64,000 bases of DNA from Welwitschia mirabilis (GCA_051453625.1 JBOZIK010000001.1:28322032-28386031), one strand, 5' to 3'; counted from the stretch's first letter, positions 49,518 to 63,219 are shown. The notes: generated by a model from the sequence alone, not told the origin. Translations and numbers: made by a program.

Positions 49518-52500
49518 GCGTTCACTTTAGTTAGCAAGTTTAGTGAAAGTATAGTCGAAAGTGGAAGTATAGCACACATAACCCTACTTGCATGTCTTTG
49601 TTACCATTTACAACTATGTGAAGATTTATTCAAAATGAAAAAATTAAAATTAAGATTATGTCTTAAAGAAACGTCAATGTGTAATTGTCTGCATGTCAAA
49701 CATTTTAAAACTATTAGTGCGTATTAGCCTTTAAAAATTATAATTGGTCGTATCAAAGTATTCTGGCCTTATTTAGAATGATTTCAGATTCTTTACCTTG
49801 AGATCTTAAAGAATTCTTTTTAAGGCTAAATAAACATTTTTCTTGTAATTTGACTTGTAAATTTTTCTTCTAATTTGACTTCTAGGATAGGTTTAACCTT
49901 CATTGATAACCTTGAGTTCTTCTTTTATCATTGTCATCATGACATAAAATCTTTTCTCAACTCAATGTACTTATCAACAAAATATTCTATCATAGTTTGA
50001 GGGTGTATTAAAAAACATCTCTTTGTTGTCATGAAACAATTCCATCAAAAGAATTTAGCAACATATTCCAATAAATAACATTAGTTATAAATTATTGTTT
50101 ATCATTCTAATTATGCTTCAAAATGTTTCAATTCTTGTGGAATAAGCCCTTCCTTGAAGTCATATGATAAGTTTCTTTGCTATTGATTACTCAATATCCT
50201 TTCAGAATAGCTATAATTAAATTTACACAACCTACTATGTCCATACGATCTTCAACAATGTTACCCTTATCAAATTTTTAAAAAAATCTACTTAATCTTA
50301 CTTCTTCTTCATCTTTTTTCTTTGTAAACCTTACATAAGATGATTCTTAGAATTTAGGATATGTTAATGTTAGAAGGCTCATATTTTATTCCACATATAT
50401 AAAGCTGTAACATCATCCCACTTAATTGGGTATTTAATCTTAGTGATTTATTATAAGAATCATCAAAGAATATATGTTATTTAGAAACTCTATTAAATCT
50501 TTATTCTCTATTTTCTTCTTTATCTATTACAATCTCAAGTAGATTCTTTTACATAACATCACTTATAGATTTCTTCAATAAGCATTAGAGACAAACTTGC
50601 TAGCTATTATCCAAAGGATAAAGGCACATTAGGATTTTAATGTGAAACTCTAATATCTATATAGATTAATGGTTCTAGTCCCTTTTATCCCTATTAATTT
50701 AGTATCCAGTGAAGATAGTACAGGATTTGCAACCACTAGTTTTGCATACTCTGTGTTGCTAGTGCAAAATTTAGGTGTGAAACTTTCTAGTGTGGCTAAA
50801 AACATACTTTGACTATTTTGGTCATAACATTTGCATATCAAATCAAAATTTTAATTATAACCTTGCTCTAGAAATTTTCTAAAGAATTCTACAACATGAA
50901 AAAGAAAAACATTACTTTGTTTTTCCCCTTCAATGTTTTTACATTTTCATTTAACCATAAATCATGTTAAGTAATTTCAAGTAAAACATTAGCATAATGC
51001 TATGCAATAAGGAGAATTGTTACATATGGTTTAAAGGTATTAAAATAACTTCTAATTTTGAAAATATTTGAATAAACCACTTGTATTGGTCTCCTATAAN
51101 NNNNNNNNNTAGATGCAATAATGCTTAAAAAGTGGATTAATAATGATCATAAAATTTGTTCAAGTATTTCTCTCTATATAGACTACAAACTTCTCGGCAT
51201 AATCAATGATAATGTTTATGATATTATATGCTTATTCTTGGAAGCTTTTAAAAAGACCTTTAACTTAAAATTAAATTTATAATTTTTTAGTTTTACAAAA
51301 AAAGAATCAAATCCAAGTACATCATGAAAATTACATAAAATAGTTAATGTTTTAAGAATAATTAAATTAACCATTAATAGATATTTTAAAAATTAATGCA
51401 TCATATGATTTTTTCCTCATTTAATCATGTTTGCATATTCTAGATTACAAAAATTTATTATCTAGCTTATAAGCTAATGGTACATTGAAAAACATTTAAC
51501 TTTAAACATTTATCTAATAAGTTTATTATTTCTAATAAAACTTTTAAAAATGATTATGACAAATTAAATCAAAATCATAGTTTTCATCTTATATTGAATA
51601 TCCATTCTAATGATGAAATAAACTTTAGTTAGTTCTCTTAGAAGATCGCTAGAGGTAAAGGGAGAAGTGATAGAGGCTAAAGTTGAAATAGAGATAATTA
51701 ATGGTCCTCACATTAGAATACCTCACAAAATAAAAACAAAAATATAGATGTAAATGATATGAATAAAAAAGGTTATGTACTAGAAAACTACATTAGCCAA
51801 TACGATTGCAAAATTTAAGTAATTTGAAAATAATTTTTTTGACAATTGAGAGGATACTTTTACATTACATGACTAAGATAATGGTGGAGATAATCATTTT
51901 ATGAGTTTAGTTCACACCATCTATACTTAATGAACATAACCATCACATTATGTTACTAAAATACCTTTCTATGATGTAAGTAATGATTATGTTAAAAGGA
52001 TATTTAATCTAGCTAATATAGACTCAAAAAACATAGTTAAAAATGCAATTTTATTAATAATAACCACATGGATCATGACATAGGTGATAGTTAGCATGTA
52101 AATCTCTATTTACAACATTAAAGATAGAGGTATCAGGTTATATCATCATGGGAGGTAAACCAAGACTACCTATTAAAGGAAATTGCCAAATCACATTGGA
52201 ATAGATAAATCTTTATTATTTTATTCTTCTTAATTTTCTTTACATTTTCACCTTTAAAAAAATTATTATCACAATTAAATTTTGTAGCTCATGATTTTAA
52301 CCTTCATCTAAGTATTCTTCACCAAAATCTATTCATTATAGTAAAAAGATAAACATTAATAAAATAAACTAGGTAAGAAATCTTCCATAGGGATATTTAA
52401 GGTAAACTTAATAGAAGTAACTTAAAATTAATAATTCTATAATAAAATTAAAATGATAGGAAAATCCAAGAGTTGAGATTTTTGGTGAACTTTGATTAGT

Positions 52501-53482
52501 GACATAGACAAACAAACAATCTCCAAGGTCTAACTTAACTTATCCAATAGAATACTTTGTTAGATTATGTTTTGTTAATTAAAGTCAAAGTAATGTCTTT
52601 TATATAGCAAATTTTGTCTATTTTGTGCAAAAGAGTTCAAGATTTTTGTAAGTTGAAATATGGAACTAAAATATGCATCATAAATCTATTTATTCATTCA
52701 CCCTTCAGAGGGGTCAACCGGATCCTTAAGGGGTTGACCACACCTGAAGCTATCAAAGGAAAATGGACTACATCTAGAGGGTCTGACTAGATTTTGATGG
52801 GGTCGACCGGACCTATAACTTAAAAAACCAGTGTCCCTAAGCCGAATGGTAAGGGGTCAATCAGACTTTTATGAGATCGACCGGATTTGAGGACCTGACA
52901 AATAGTATTCCTAGACCGAGAGATAAGTGATTGACTAAACTGAGATGGGGTCCACCAGATATGAAGACATAAAAACCTGAAGTAACCGAAACTCTCTCTC
53001 CGACAATCTGTGTAACTCATGGTACCACATGAGGTCAACCAATTTTTTGTGGGGTTGACCGAATGGAGCGGAAAAGAAATTTTTCTAAACATTATGTATC
53101 CATTATCTAGTTATTAGGTAACCATTTTTTAGCCGTTTATAACTATTGGAGGTGTAATTCAAATGTAGTAAACCCTAATAGCCTTTGATTATAAATAGTT
53201 AAGCCATTGATGACCAATCAATGTTTTAGAACCTTTTTTTATTCGGACAAATCCATTGGATCTATAAGATTAAGCTATGTATTTGTGTTACTATCATTGT
53301 TATATCTTAACATCTACATTTCTAACTATAGGAGATCTACTATTGATATACTTACTTCATTAAAAGTCAGATCTAGAGCTTCATTATTTGTACTTATATA
53401 GGAGGAGAACTCCATCTATTATACTAACTTTAAAACTACTGATATCTATTCTTTCGAGGCATCACTACATCACTACCCAGTT

Positions 53483-53618
53483 TGCTAAAGGTTGAGACTA
53501 AGCCTTGAAAAGTCTATGCTAAAGGTTAAGACTAAGCCTTGAAAAGTCCATGCTAAAGGTTGAGACTAAGCTTTAAAAAATCCATTCTAAAGGTTGGGAC
53601 TTAGCCTAGAAATGTCCA
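53483..53618. repeat. 4 x 34-bp tandem repeat within the copia LTR
   Basis: tgctaaaggttgagactaagccttgaaaagtcta-like units at 53483, 53517, 53551 and 53585. Confidence 0.95.
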
Positions 53619-54149
53619 TTTGTAAAGATTACATGTATACCTAGAATACCTGGTCGAGTAACAGAGATTTAAGATCTAGCTTAGGAGAAGCTGATCATTA
53701 AGAGTGGAGTAGGAGAGTCCCAAACCACTATAAATCTAGCTTGCATCAAATTGGTAGTTTTTACTTTTTTTTTTNNNNNNNNNNNNNNNNNNNNNNNNNN
53801 NNNNNNNNNNNNNNNNNNNNNNNNNNNNNNNNNNNNNNNNNNNNNNNNNNNNNNNNNNNNNNNNNNNNNNNNNNCCCAAACCACTATAAATCTAGCTTGC
53901 ATCAAATTGGTAGTTTTTACTTTTTTTTTTATTCTTTACTTTTAGTATCTTATTATTTTGTGCACATCCTAAATTGATTTATTTTCATATGCAAGTCGTA
54001 TTTCAAATAGTTTTATTTTAGATTATTCGTTAAAGTTTTGAAAGAACCTATTCACTCCTCCTATAGGGTTATCAATCCTATCATTTGGTACCAGAGCTAA
54101 GTTGAGTCTACATTATATTTTAATTAATCTTGAACTTAGAACCCTAAAA

Positions 54150-56197
54150 ATGAGTAACCCTTCTATTGGTTGTTCAGCCGAGAATCCACCTATGTTTGAT
54201 GAGTCGAACTATGTTTATTGGAAAGCTAAGATGAGAATATTTCTTAGATTCCCAGATGCTGACATAAAGAAATTTATTTATAAACGTTATACTATGCCTA
54301 TAATAATCCAAACTGATGCAAATGGTAACACTATCCTAGTTCCCAAATCCTGAGACTAATGGATAGCCACAGACAAGTCTAAAATAATCATAGATACCCA
54401 TGCTCTTAATGCAATTTTTCGTGCAGTGTGTGTAGATGAATTCAAATGAATAGTGAATTGTAACCATGCTAAGGAAGCTTGGAACATTCTCAAAGTAGCA
54501 CGCAAAAGAACCTCAACTATTAAATAAGATAAACTCTAGATGCTCATTTTTAAATTTGAAGATATTCATATAAATGAAGAAGAAACATTGCAAAAATTTT
54601 TTACAAGACTTACAAATACTGTAAACTCAATAGCAAGCCTCGGAGAATGCGTGGAGAAAAGAAAAGTGGTGATAAAGGTCTTAAAATCCCTACTTAAGAG
54701 ATTTAAACTAAAGGTCACATCCATCGAAGAGAGCAAGAACATTAATACAATGGCATTGGAAGAACTTCATGGTAATTTGCAAACCTATGAGTTTTATTGC
54801 TTTAAAATGTATGCAAGAAGACTATAAATCTGACAGAGTAGATAAGGAATTTGATGATGATAAAGTGGTTCTTCTAGCCAAAAGATTCAAAGAATTTCTT
54901 CATAAAAATAAAAAGTAATGATAATCAAGTAGGAATACAAAGAGAATTCATTCAAAACAAAGAAGGGATCAATAAAAGAAGAAATAAATCCAATGCTACT
55001 CATGAAAAGGGTTTGTACATATGGCTAATGAATGTCCTAACACTAAGAGAGATAATAAAAAGTCAAAGAATCCCTCGTTCATGGCTACTTAAGATAATAA
55101 AGATGATGAGGATGAGAAAAACTATTCAGATCAGAAATCAGACAGAGATAGAAGATTGTCTTTCATAGCTTTTATGCCATTACTTAAAGATGTTCCTAGC
55201 ACATCAATTCCCAATAATTTGGAAATAATCAATGAAGAAGAGAATGAGTTAGAAGACACATATCAGGAGTCGTATGAAGAGTGTGAAAAGCTAGCTAAGA
55301 GAATAAATGAGTTGAACAAAATAATGAAGTCTATTACCAAAGAAAAGAAGGTAGTGGAAGAGAAATATAATGTGCTCAAATCTGAGAACATCAAGATAAT
55401 TTTTCAAGTAAAAAAATCTTTTTTTTTTTATAAATAAATTTTTTGATAGCTCTTCTAACCTATAATAGATTTTTGGAGTATAAAAGTCCACTGGAAACAA
55501 ATCAGGTATTGGCTTTAGTTCAAAAAACTTACAAGAATAGGTAAACCAAAAGAGAAAGTATGTGCCTAATCTTTTATGTAATTTTTATAGCAAATTTGAT
55601 CATTCAAAGTCTTTTTGCAAAGTTAGATATTAATTTTTTTCTTTGAAACTATAAACATCTTGAATTTTAAGTTTGTTCTTAAGAAAAGTATATCACCTAA
55701 GTCTAATAAACTAAGTGGAATAAGCTAACAATCTTCAAAGTTTTCTGACATAGATAACTTTTAGAGAATCACATATAAATAATTAATATCTAGATAGTGG
55801 TTGCTCAAGGCATATATCAGGTCAAAAATCAAACTTTCAACACTTGAAGAGCATAAATGAAAGAGAAGTCATCTTTGAAAATAATGAAATAACAAAAATC
55901 AAAGGTACTGGATGCATCAAGAGAGGTAAGTTACCTAAACTTGATGATGTGCTTTATATCAATGGGTTGAGACATAATTTATTAAGTGTAAGTCAATTAT
56001 GTAACAAAGGTTACAAAGTAATCTTTAATAAATTGAAATGCAATGTTGTAGAGAAAAAAATGAATGTTTCTATTTTCTTTGCAAAACGTGTGAATAATAC
56101 TTATAGATTAGATATTAAATTGATTGATCAATTGTTCCATGCAAACCAAAATATTAGGATAAATTTTAATGGAACTAAGCTTTTTTATAAATTCTGA
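54150..56197 (+). pseudogene. Copia gag and protease, decayed
   Basis: ORFs 54102-54353, 54540-54827, 55156-55437 and 55844-56197 parallel the gag/PR fragments of the first copia. Confidence 0.9.
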
Positions 56198-58157
56198 TGT
56201 AACATCTAGTATCAGTAACTATTGCAGTGTGTATTTATGCATGTTTTTACAGTCAAATAAATTTTTCATTAATAATTAAAATAAATATTATGCATAATAC
56301 AACATGCTAGTATAATGGGAGTGACCCAAATGTCATATCTCATTGAAGTCTATCCTTAAGGGACTTAGGTTGATTTTGCAATTAAATCTTAGGAACTAAG
56401 AATAAAAAATAACAATGCAAGAAATTAAACTATCATGCAAGATGCAACATGTAATCTATTCTAACATGCAATGCAAAATGATCCTAACCCTACCTTGTTT
56501 TTTAGTCCTAATAAGGACTGACCTTGAAAATCTATATCACCCAAGAAATTATTACGAGATCTTAGGCAACATTAGACTATAAGGGTCATAAGAAATCCTA
56601 TAATGCAAATAATACAAATATATAAAGAAAACCAAGATTTATATTAAAAGAGTAATGTTCATCTAGGTTACAAAATAGCTGGGTCCTTATAGAAGATACT
56701 CAGCCCTTTACCAAGTATTCATCCTTCTGCAACTCACAAAGATAGATCTTCCGCCCTTCTCTCTCTAATAACAAGAATCTCTGGTGCATTGAATATAAGA
56801 AGGAGAGTGTAGGAGGGTCTTATTTATATAAAAATACAATAGAAATGGATAGACAAAAGGTATAGTTAGGCATGCTTATTAAGCTCTCCAAAATAGAAAA
56901 AATGGTTGAGGAAATCTGTCAATAACATTTACATGTTAGTGTCATCCGAGATGTTATCTAGATAACCTAGGGGATGAAAAACCATTACAAAATATTATGA
57001 AAGTAATAACTCAATAGTCCATGTAAGTAATCATTGTCTGGTCTACCATGTGGACAATGGAAGGGACGATGGTCTTCTTTAATGACTTCTTGTGATGAAA
57101 CTTAGCAGTTTTATCATGAAAAGCTCTGTTCATTAGAAAGTTCCTTTATTGTATCAAATTTGGGTAATAACTACACATTTTTGAGATTTCCTCTTGTATC
57201 TTCAAAATCCTCAAAATTACACTTAAACCTGTATAAAATTTCTACATAACAACTCATAAAGCCCATTAAATAACCATAAATTGGTAGCATAACATAGCCC
57301 TCCACTTAGACTTTGTCAGTTCTTAACAAAAATCATGCAGAAAAACCATAATTGCGAGCTAATTTACTTTCCAAAAGATAATCTGAAAATCATAAAACAA
57401 GCTCATAAAAACACATGATATAGATAAATGACAAGTAATGCATAATGTGTATAAAATTTTGAAAATTTTTGTGTCATAAAAGCTTTAAAATTTTGAAAAC
57501 AAGTCATGTGAATGGGTCTTAATCCCCATCCAATCTAAAAGAAAAGGTAATATATCCATATTGGTAAAATAAAGCAAAAAAGATTAAATGGAAGTGGGAA
57601 GGTAGGAAATGGAAATGAGGACAACTTTTAAAACAAAGTGCAAAGCTAAGTAATGTCAGATTTGAAAAATATAGGCATATGAAATATTCTAACAAGTAAA
57701 GAAAAGATGGACAAAAATGTTTCATTATAAAAAGAATATAAGTAGCACTTACAACACTAAAAATCTGAAAAGTAATATAAACAAGAAGAATGGACATATA
57801 ATAATATAAACAAAAGATAGCTCACCACTCTAACATTTTAACCTACTAATTTCTAATGAAAGTAATCATAACATCACTTGATATAAAAAATGCATGGCTT
57901 AATGTACAAAAATTTCATTCAAAAAGATAGTGATTATGATAATCCTAGAGTAAAATGATTTAAACAATGAATGACTAGACCAAAGATTTTCTCAAAAATG
58001 AACTCTCCTACCATCATCTTAAAACAAACACCAAAATCTCAAAAAGTTAAATGATTATGTGGAAAGACTAAGAGTCTAGGAAACAAGCAATGCTTTTGAT
58101 GATACTAGAAAAACCACTGATTCCATAGCCTTAAAGTTTAAATTCAACTTTATTACC

Positions 58158-58312
58158 CATGATGAGGGGAGTGCAACCACCATTAGAGAAGTAAAGAATC
58201 ATAAAGCAAAACTAACTAACCTCCCAGTGGAGTTCCCACAGCTACCATATTACACTGCCAAAGGCTCTTTTTAAAAATATTTGCCCCAGTGTACTTGCAG
58301 TAGGACATCATG
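58158..58312 (-). other. Predicted conserved multi-stem RNA structure, copy in element C
   Basis: catgatg/catcatg, ctactg/tggtag, tacactg/cagtgta, caaa/tttg, gtgg/ccac, gggag/ctccc. Confidence 0.6.
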
Positions 58313-59272
58313 ATAACCATGTTTTTTAGATAAAAATATAAAACATCATTATCTTTATTTACTCTTTTTTTCTTTTTAAAGAAAAACAACATTCCACATG
58401 ACCAAATACTCCAGAAAACAAAGATGAAATTCAAAAGTTCAGGATAGGAAAAAACACTCTTAAATAATCTAAGACCCTTTAACCATTAAAAAAAGCATAA
58501 AAAATAAAGCATTTTCCTTTAATTTAAAGTTCATGGATGTGTGAATATCCTAAGTTTGGGTGAATCCAATCTTACCATTGAAATGCCTAAGTTAAAAGAC
58601 TAGTTATGGAAATAAATACATTAGTCAAGTTTAAAAGATGATTAAGTAATGCCATAATAATCTTTCAAATGAAAAATCTTAATAGAAAATTCAGGTGGTT
58701 TGCTTGTGGAATAACAATTTTTGCCCAATTACTTCCTATAATTCTCAATCAGTCAAGTTAGAAATTTTAATAGAGTCATAAAAATGTTTTTTTTCCAAAA
58801 ATAACAAAAAGCAAAAATCAACAATTTATTGACTATTATCCTGCTCGTCTTCCAGACGACAGAGAGGATGACATACATAAGAAAAAGAAATATAGCACAA
58901 AAAATTAATGGAAAAATAGAAGAAACTGTCATCCACCTTGTTGTGGGGACGACAGATGAGATGATTAATTATTTTTGTAAAACAAAAAATAAAAAATGGA
59001 AATGAAAAAAACTAAAAATAGAAAATAAAAAAAGAGACTCTGAAAACTGAAAATTGAAAGAAAAATAATAAGACAGGTAAATTTTATTCAAATCCTAAAT
59101 CTAAAACACACTTTTATTAAAAAAAAAAAAAGAAAGAAAGAAAAAGAGACATGATTTCAAGATTTTTAGAAAAATGAGGTCCACACCAAATATTCACCAA
59201 TTGATAAAACATGAAAGGTATGCAATCATTTTTCAGTAAAATCAATTAGAAGAAAAGAGAATAAAAAGATAA

Positions 59273-60940
59273 TTACTTGATAGCACATTTTTTAGAATTC
59301 AAATAAGAGACAAAAGAATGATAAGTGTCTTTGAAAAGTGATCTCATCTGAAAATTTTTAATATTGTGGGTATCATTGTGAAAGGCATGTAAAAAGAGAC
59401 TCAAAGAAAGTTTCCAATATTCTTTTGAAGGATTTCTAAAATGTCTCCTATTATTTGATTTAGAATATGAATTTTTAGGAAGATAAGGCTTTTTCAAATG
59501 AATACATTTATTTCCACAAGCATAAATGTAAGAGATAAAAAATTCATACAACTCATGGAAAAATAATTTCTTATCAAACTCATGATGTAAAGGATTTGAG
59601 ACATAAATTTCATTCAAGACTTGATATTGAATCTAGGAGGTATGAAAAAAATTGTAAAAAACTTCTTAGGATGAAAGATTAGGATAGGCTTTATGTACCT
59701 AAGAAGCTCCTTGACTTTTAATTCTAAACATGGATTGAGATCAAGAAGATATGGTTTTTGCCAATTAATAATTCCAAGATATCCCAAATCTTGTTTTGAA
59801 AAAGAATGATCAATGGAAGTACATGATAAAATTGACTTAGCAAATGAGAAAAATATAGTACTTTTTGCACATGAAGTTATCAAAGGAAGAGGTTGGAAGA
59901 TCTTTGAACTCAAGTCCTCAAGATGATGTGGTTCATTATTTTCAAGGATAAGAATGTGATTTTGAATGCTTTCTTCTTTGATTATATCTCCCTCTTCTTT
60001 ATGATTAATTATTTCATTTTCTTCTTTTTCATTTTGTTAAGGAACATTGTTCTTTTCAAAGATGGTAGAATCCTCAAAATAATCACTAAAAAGATTATAG
60101 AAAGAAACGCTGTTACTATTTTATGAAAGATATTCTAATGTTTCTTTTCTTAATTTCTCTTCCTCTTTAAATAACTCCATTAACTCAAAACTATAATCCT
60201 CATTTAAGTTAAGTTAATCATCTTCCATTGTCTTCATCTCCATCTCTATTAATTTTAAAAGTTAAATCTCATATATTAGTGGAACTCCTTTTTCGTTACA
60301 AAACATATGGAAATTTGGAATATGATCTAAAATCTTAATGACATCTTCCTCATCCTCTTCTTTACTATTATCATCATTTTCTTACATGTTGTTATTTTCA
60401 TAAGAAGGGAAAACGTGATCTTCACCATAGAGGTACTCATGAATGCTTTCTTCATTTAATAACAACACCTCATTATCATTATCTAAATAACTATTCTCAT
60501 CTTCATTGTTGAAAGATGTAGTCAAGTTATCACTATCTACCCTTTGCTCATTGTCCTCAAGGTAAGATGTAGAAGCATTAGTTTAAGGATTTTTCATTTG
60601 AAGAGAGAGGAAATTTTTATTGAAGAGTCTTAATTCTCATTTTGGATCATAGTAATTCATGAAAAATGGATAGGATGGATAAAAGTGATTAGATGAGGTT
60701 GAATCTTTAACATTTTCTTAATTAGTTCCATATTGGTTTTGAAAAGAAAAGGGGGCGTAATAAGGTGGTTAAAAAGAGGAATAGACCCTATTCATAATCT
60801 CAATATCTCTTTGTATTATCCTTCCATTTTCTGTCAAGAGCTTTTCAATTATTTTCTTCTTTTCATCCTTAGCTTTTTTTCTTTTTAATTCAGCTATAAG
60901 TTCCTCAAAGGTTTTTTCCCATTCATCCTTAGGGTAGTTT
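59273..60940 (-). pseudogene. Decayed ORF of unknown function in element C
   Basis: NYPKDEWEKTFEELIAELKRKK ... frame held through isolated stops; ORF-track pieces 59273-59617 and 59614-59913; homologous to element A interior. Confidence 0.6.
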
Positions 60941-63219
60941 NNNNNNNNNNNNNNNNNNNNNNNNNNNNNNAAAAGATGTTTAGATTTCTCTTTTCTTGTT
61001 AGTTAACAATTCCTTAAGGGTGAGGTTGACATTAGGGGTAGAGGATCCTATGACTTGTTTTTCTTTTAACGAGAGGCACTTGATATTATAGATTGATTCT
61101 CTCCTTCTATAGGTTTTTCATTAAGGAAATTAGATTTAGAAAAATAAATTTAGAAGAAAGATTGAGTGCATCTAGAGATTATTCTTTTGACTTCTTTTCT
61201 ATATTAATCAATTCTTATTTGATATTCTTTTTTATGAGTTGTTTTACTCTTAGATATTTCTTCTCTAGATTGACCATATCATAGCATCCTACAAATACAA
61301 AATAATATAAAATAATAGACTATTATCCTGTCTATCATGCAGATGACATAGGGAATGATGCACTCAGAAAATGGAAAAATAGTAACCAAACCAAAGCTAA
61401 AATAAAAAGATGGAAAAACACAAAAAAATGCCTTTTGTCCACCTGATCGTCTGGACATCACAGAGATGACAAAACTAATTTATTATAGAGAAAACATAAA
61501 ATAAAACCGAAAATAAAAATAACATAGTATCATCTTGATTGTTATGGGGATGATAAAAGAGATAAGAACATCTTTTTAATGAGAACCAAAATCTAAATAA
61601 AACTAAAACACAGCACACAGAAGACCTAAAGCTCCTAATAAAATATAAAGCCATAAAGACAAATAACTAGTATACTTATCTGAATGATGATGATCCTTGT
61701 ACTTCTTGATAGCCTTCCCTAGCTATGATGTCAATTTGTTGCAATGTGTATTTGTGCACACTTTTATATTCAAATAGATTTTATCATTAATAATTAAAAT
61801 AGATATTATGTATAATACAACATACTAGTATAATAGGAGTGATCTAAATATCATATCTCGTTGAAGTCTATCCATAAAGAACTTAGGTTGCTTTTGCGAT
61901 TAAATCTTAGAAATAAAGAATAATAAATAATAATGCAATAAATTAATCTACCATGCAAGATGCAACATGCAATTTATTCTAACATGTAATACAAAATGAT
62001 CCTAATTCTACTTAACTTTTTAGTCCTAAAAATGAATGCCCTTGATAATTTATAACACCCAAGAAATTCTCACGAGATCTTAGGTAACATTAGACTATAA
62101 GGGTCATAAGAAATCCTACAATGAAAATAATATAAACATATAAAGAAAATCAAGATTTATATTAAAAGAGTAATGTTTGTCTAAGTTACAAAATAATTGG
62201 GTCTCAATAGAAGATACTCAGCCCTCTACCAAGTGCTTGTCTTTCTGTAACTCATAAAGGTAAATCTTCCACCCTTCACTCTCCTGTAATAAAAATCTTT
62301 GATGCATCAAAGATGAAAAGAAGAGTTGAAGGAGTCTTATTTATAGGAAAATACAATAGAAATAAACAAATAGAAGGTATAGTTACATGAACTTATTAAG
62401 CACTCTGAAAGAGACAAAATGGCTAAGGGAATCTATTAGTGACAATTACATGTTAGTATCAGATGTCATCCAAAAGACCTAGGGAATGACAAACCATTAC
62501 AAAATATTATGAAAGTGATGACTCAGTAGTCCACATAAGTAGTCAGGTTTACAATTAATACAGTTAAGGGATAGTGATGTGAGGTTGTTGTTACATCTTC
62601 CAGTCTATCATGTGGATGATGGAGGGGACAATAGTATTTTTTAATGATTTCTTATGGAGAAACTTATTAGTTTTATCATGAAAAGCTCTGTTCATAGGAA
62701 AGTGTCTTTAATGTATCAAATTTGGATAATAACTGCACTTTTTTGCGATTTCCTCTTGTATCTCAAAAATCCTCAGAATTGCACCTAATCTTGTATAAAA
62801 GTCCTACAAAACAACTCATAAAATCCATCAAATAACCATAAATTGATAGCACAACAATAATCAATCTATTAATTATAAAAATGATCTAGAAGTTCAGTCA
62901 CCATCCCTTGACTGATTGTAGGAAGGTTGACTGAATCTTGATTCAGTTGACCGGATGTGGAAGATCAACTGGCTTAATAGCCTGGTCACCCAGACCTCTT
63001 CTAGTACTATAGACCCACATCTCAATGGGTCAATCAGAACCTTAAAATAGATTATAATGCAGAGGTTCAGTTGGTGGACTTGATTTCTTTCTCCATTTTA
63101 CCCTATCACTTAATCTATAAAAAGATAGAACCCTAACTTGATTTCATTGTACTCTATCTCTCTCTAGCTCTTCAGATCTAGTGATTTTCTTAGTCCTTTT
63201 GCTTGTAAGAGTCTCAGAA

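Larger units (their letters stand above)
56220..62856 (-). mobile_element. Athila-type LTR element C, non-autonomous
   Basis: LTRs 56220-57294 and 61737-62856; decayed Asp-type PBS ~61713-61733; PPT next to 57295; TSD gtaac/ataat; only a gag N-terminus (~61290-60975) plus an unknown ORF; no pol motifs. Confidence 0.9.

Noticed and set aside
51860-51900. DNGGD as an integrase DNGGE motif
   Set aside because: No flanking integrase motifs in any frame I read.
53483-53618. CRISPR-like array
   Set aside because: Units are contiguous with no unique spacers, in a eukaryotic LTR with no cas genes.
53720-53931. ~55-bp near-exact repeat either side of the 100-N gap
   Set aside because: Overlap ending in a T homopolymer at a gap; typical unmerged contig overlap.
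58158-58245. Resemblance of the structured block to 5S rRNA/Cassandra words (AGAACTCC, CTGGGA, GTTGCA) or a C/D snoRNA
   Set aside because: Only short words match, spacing is not colinear with 5S, and I found no conserved D box.
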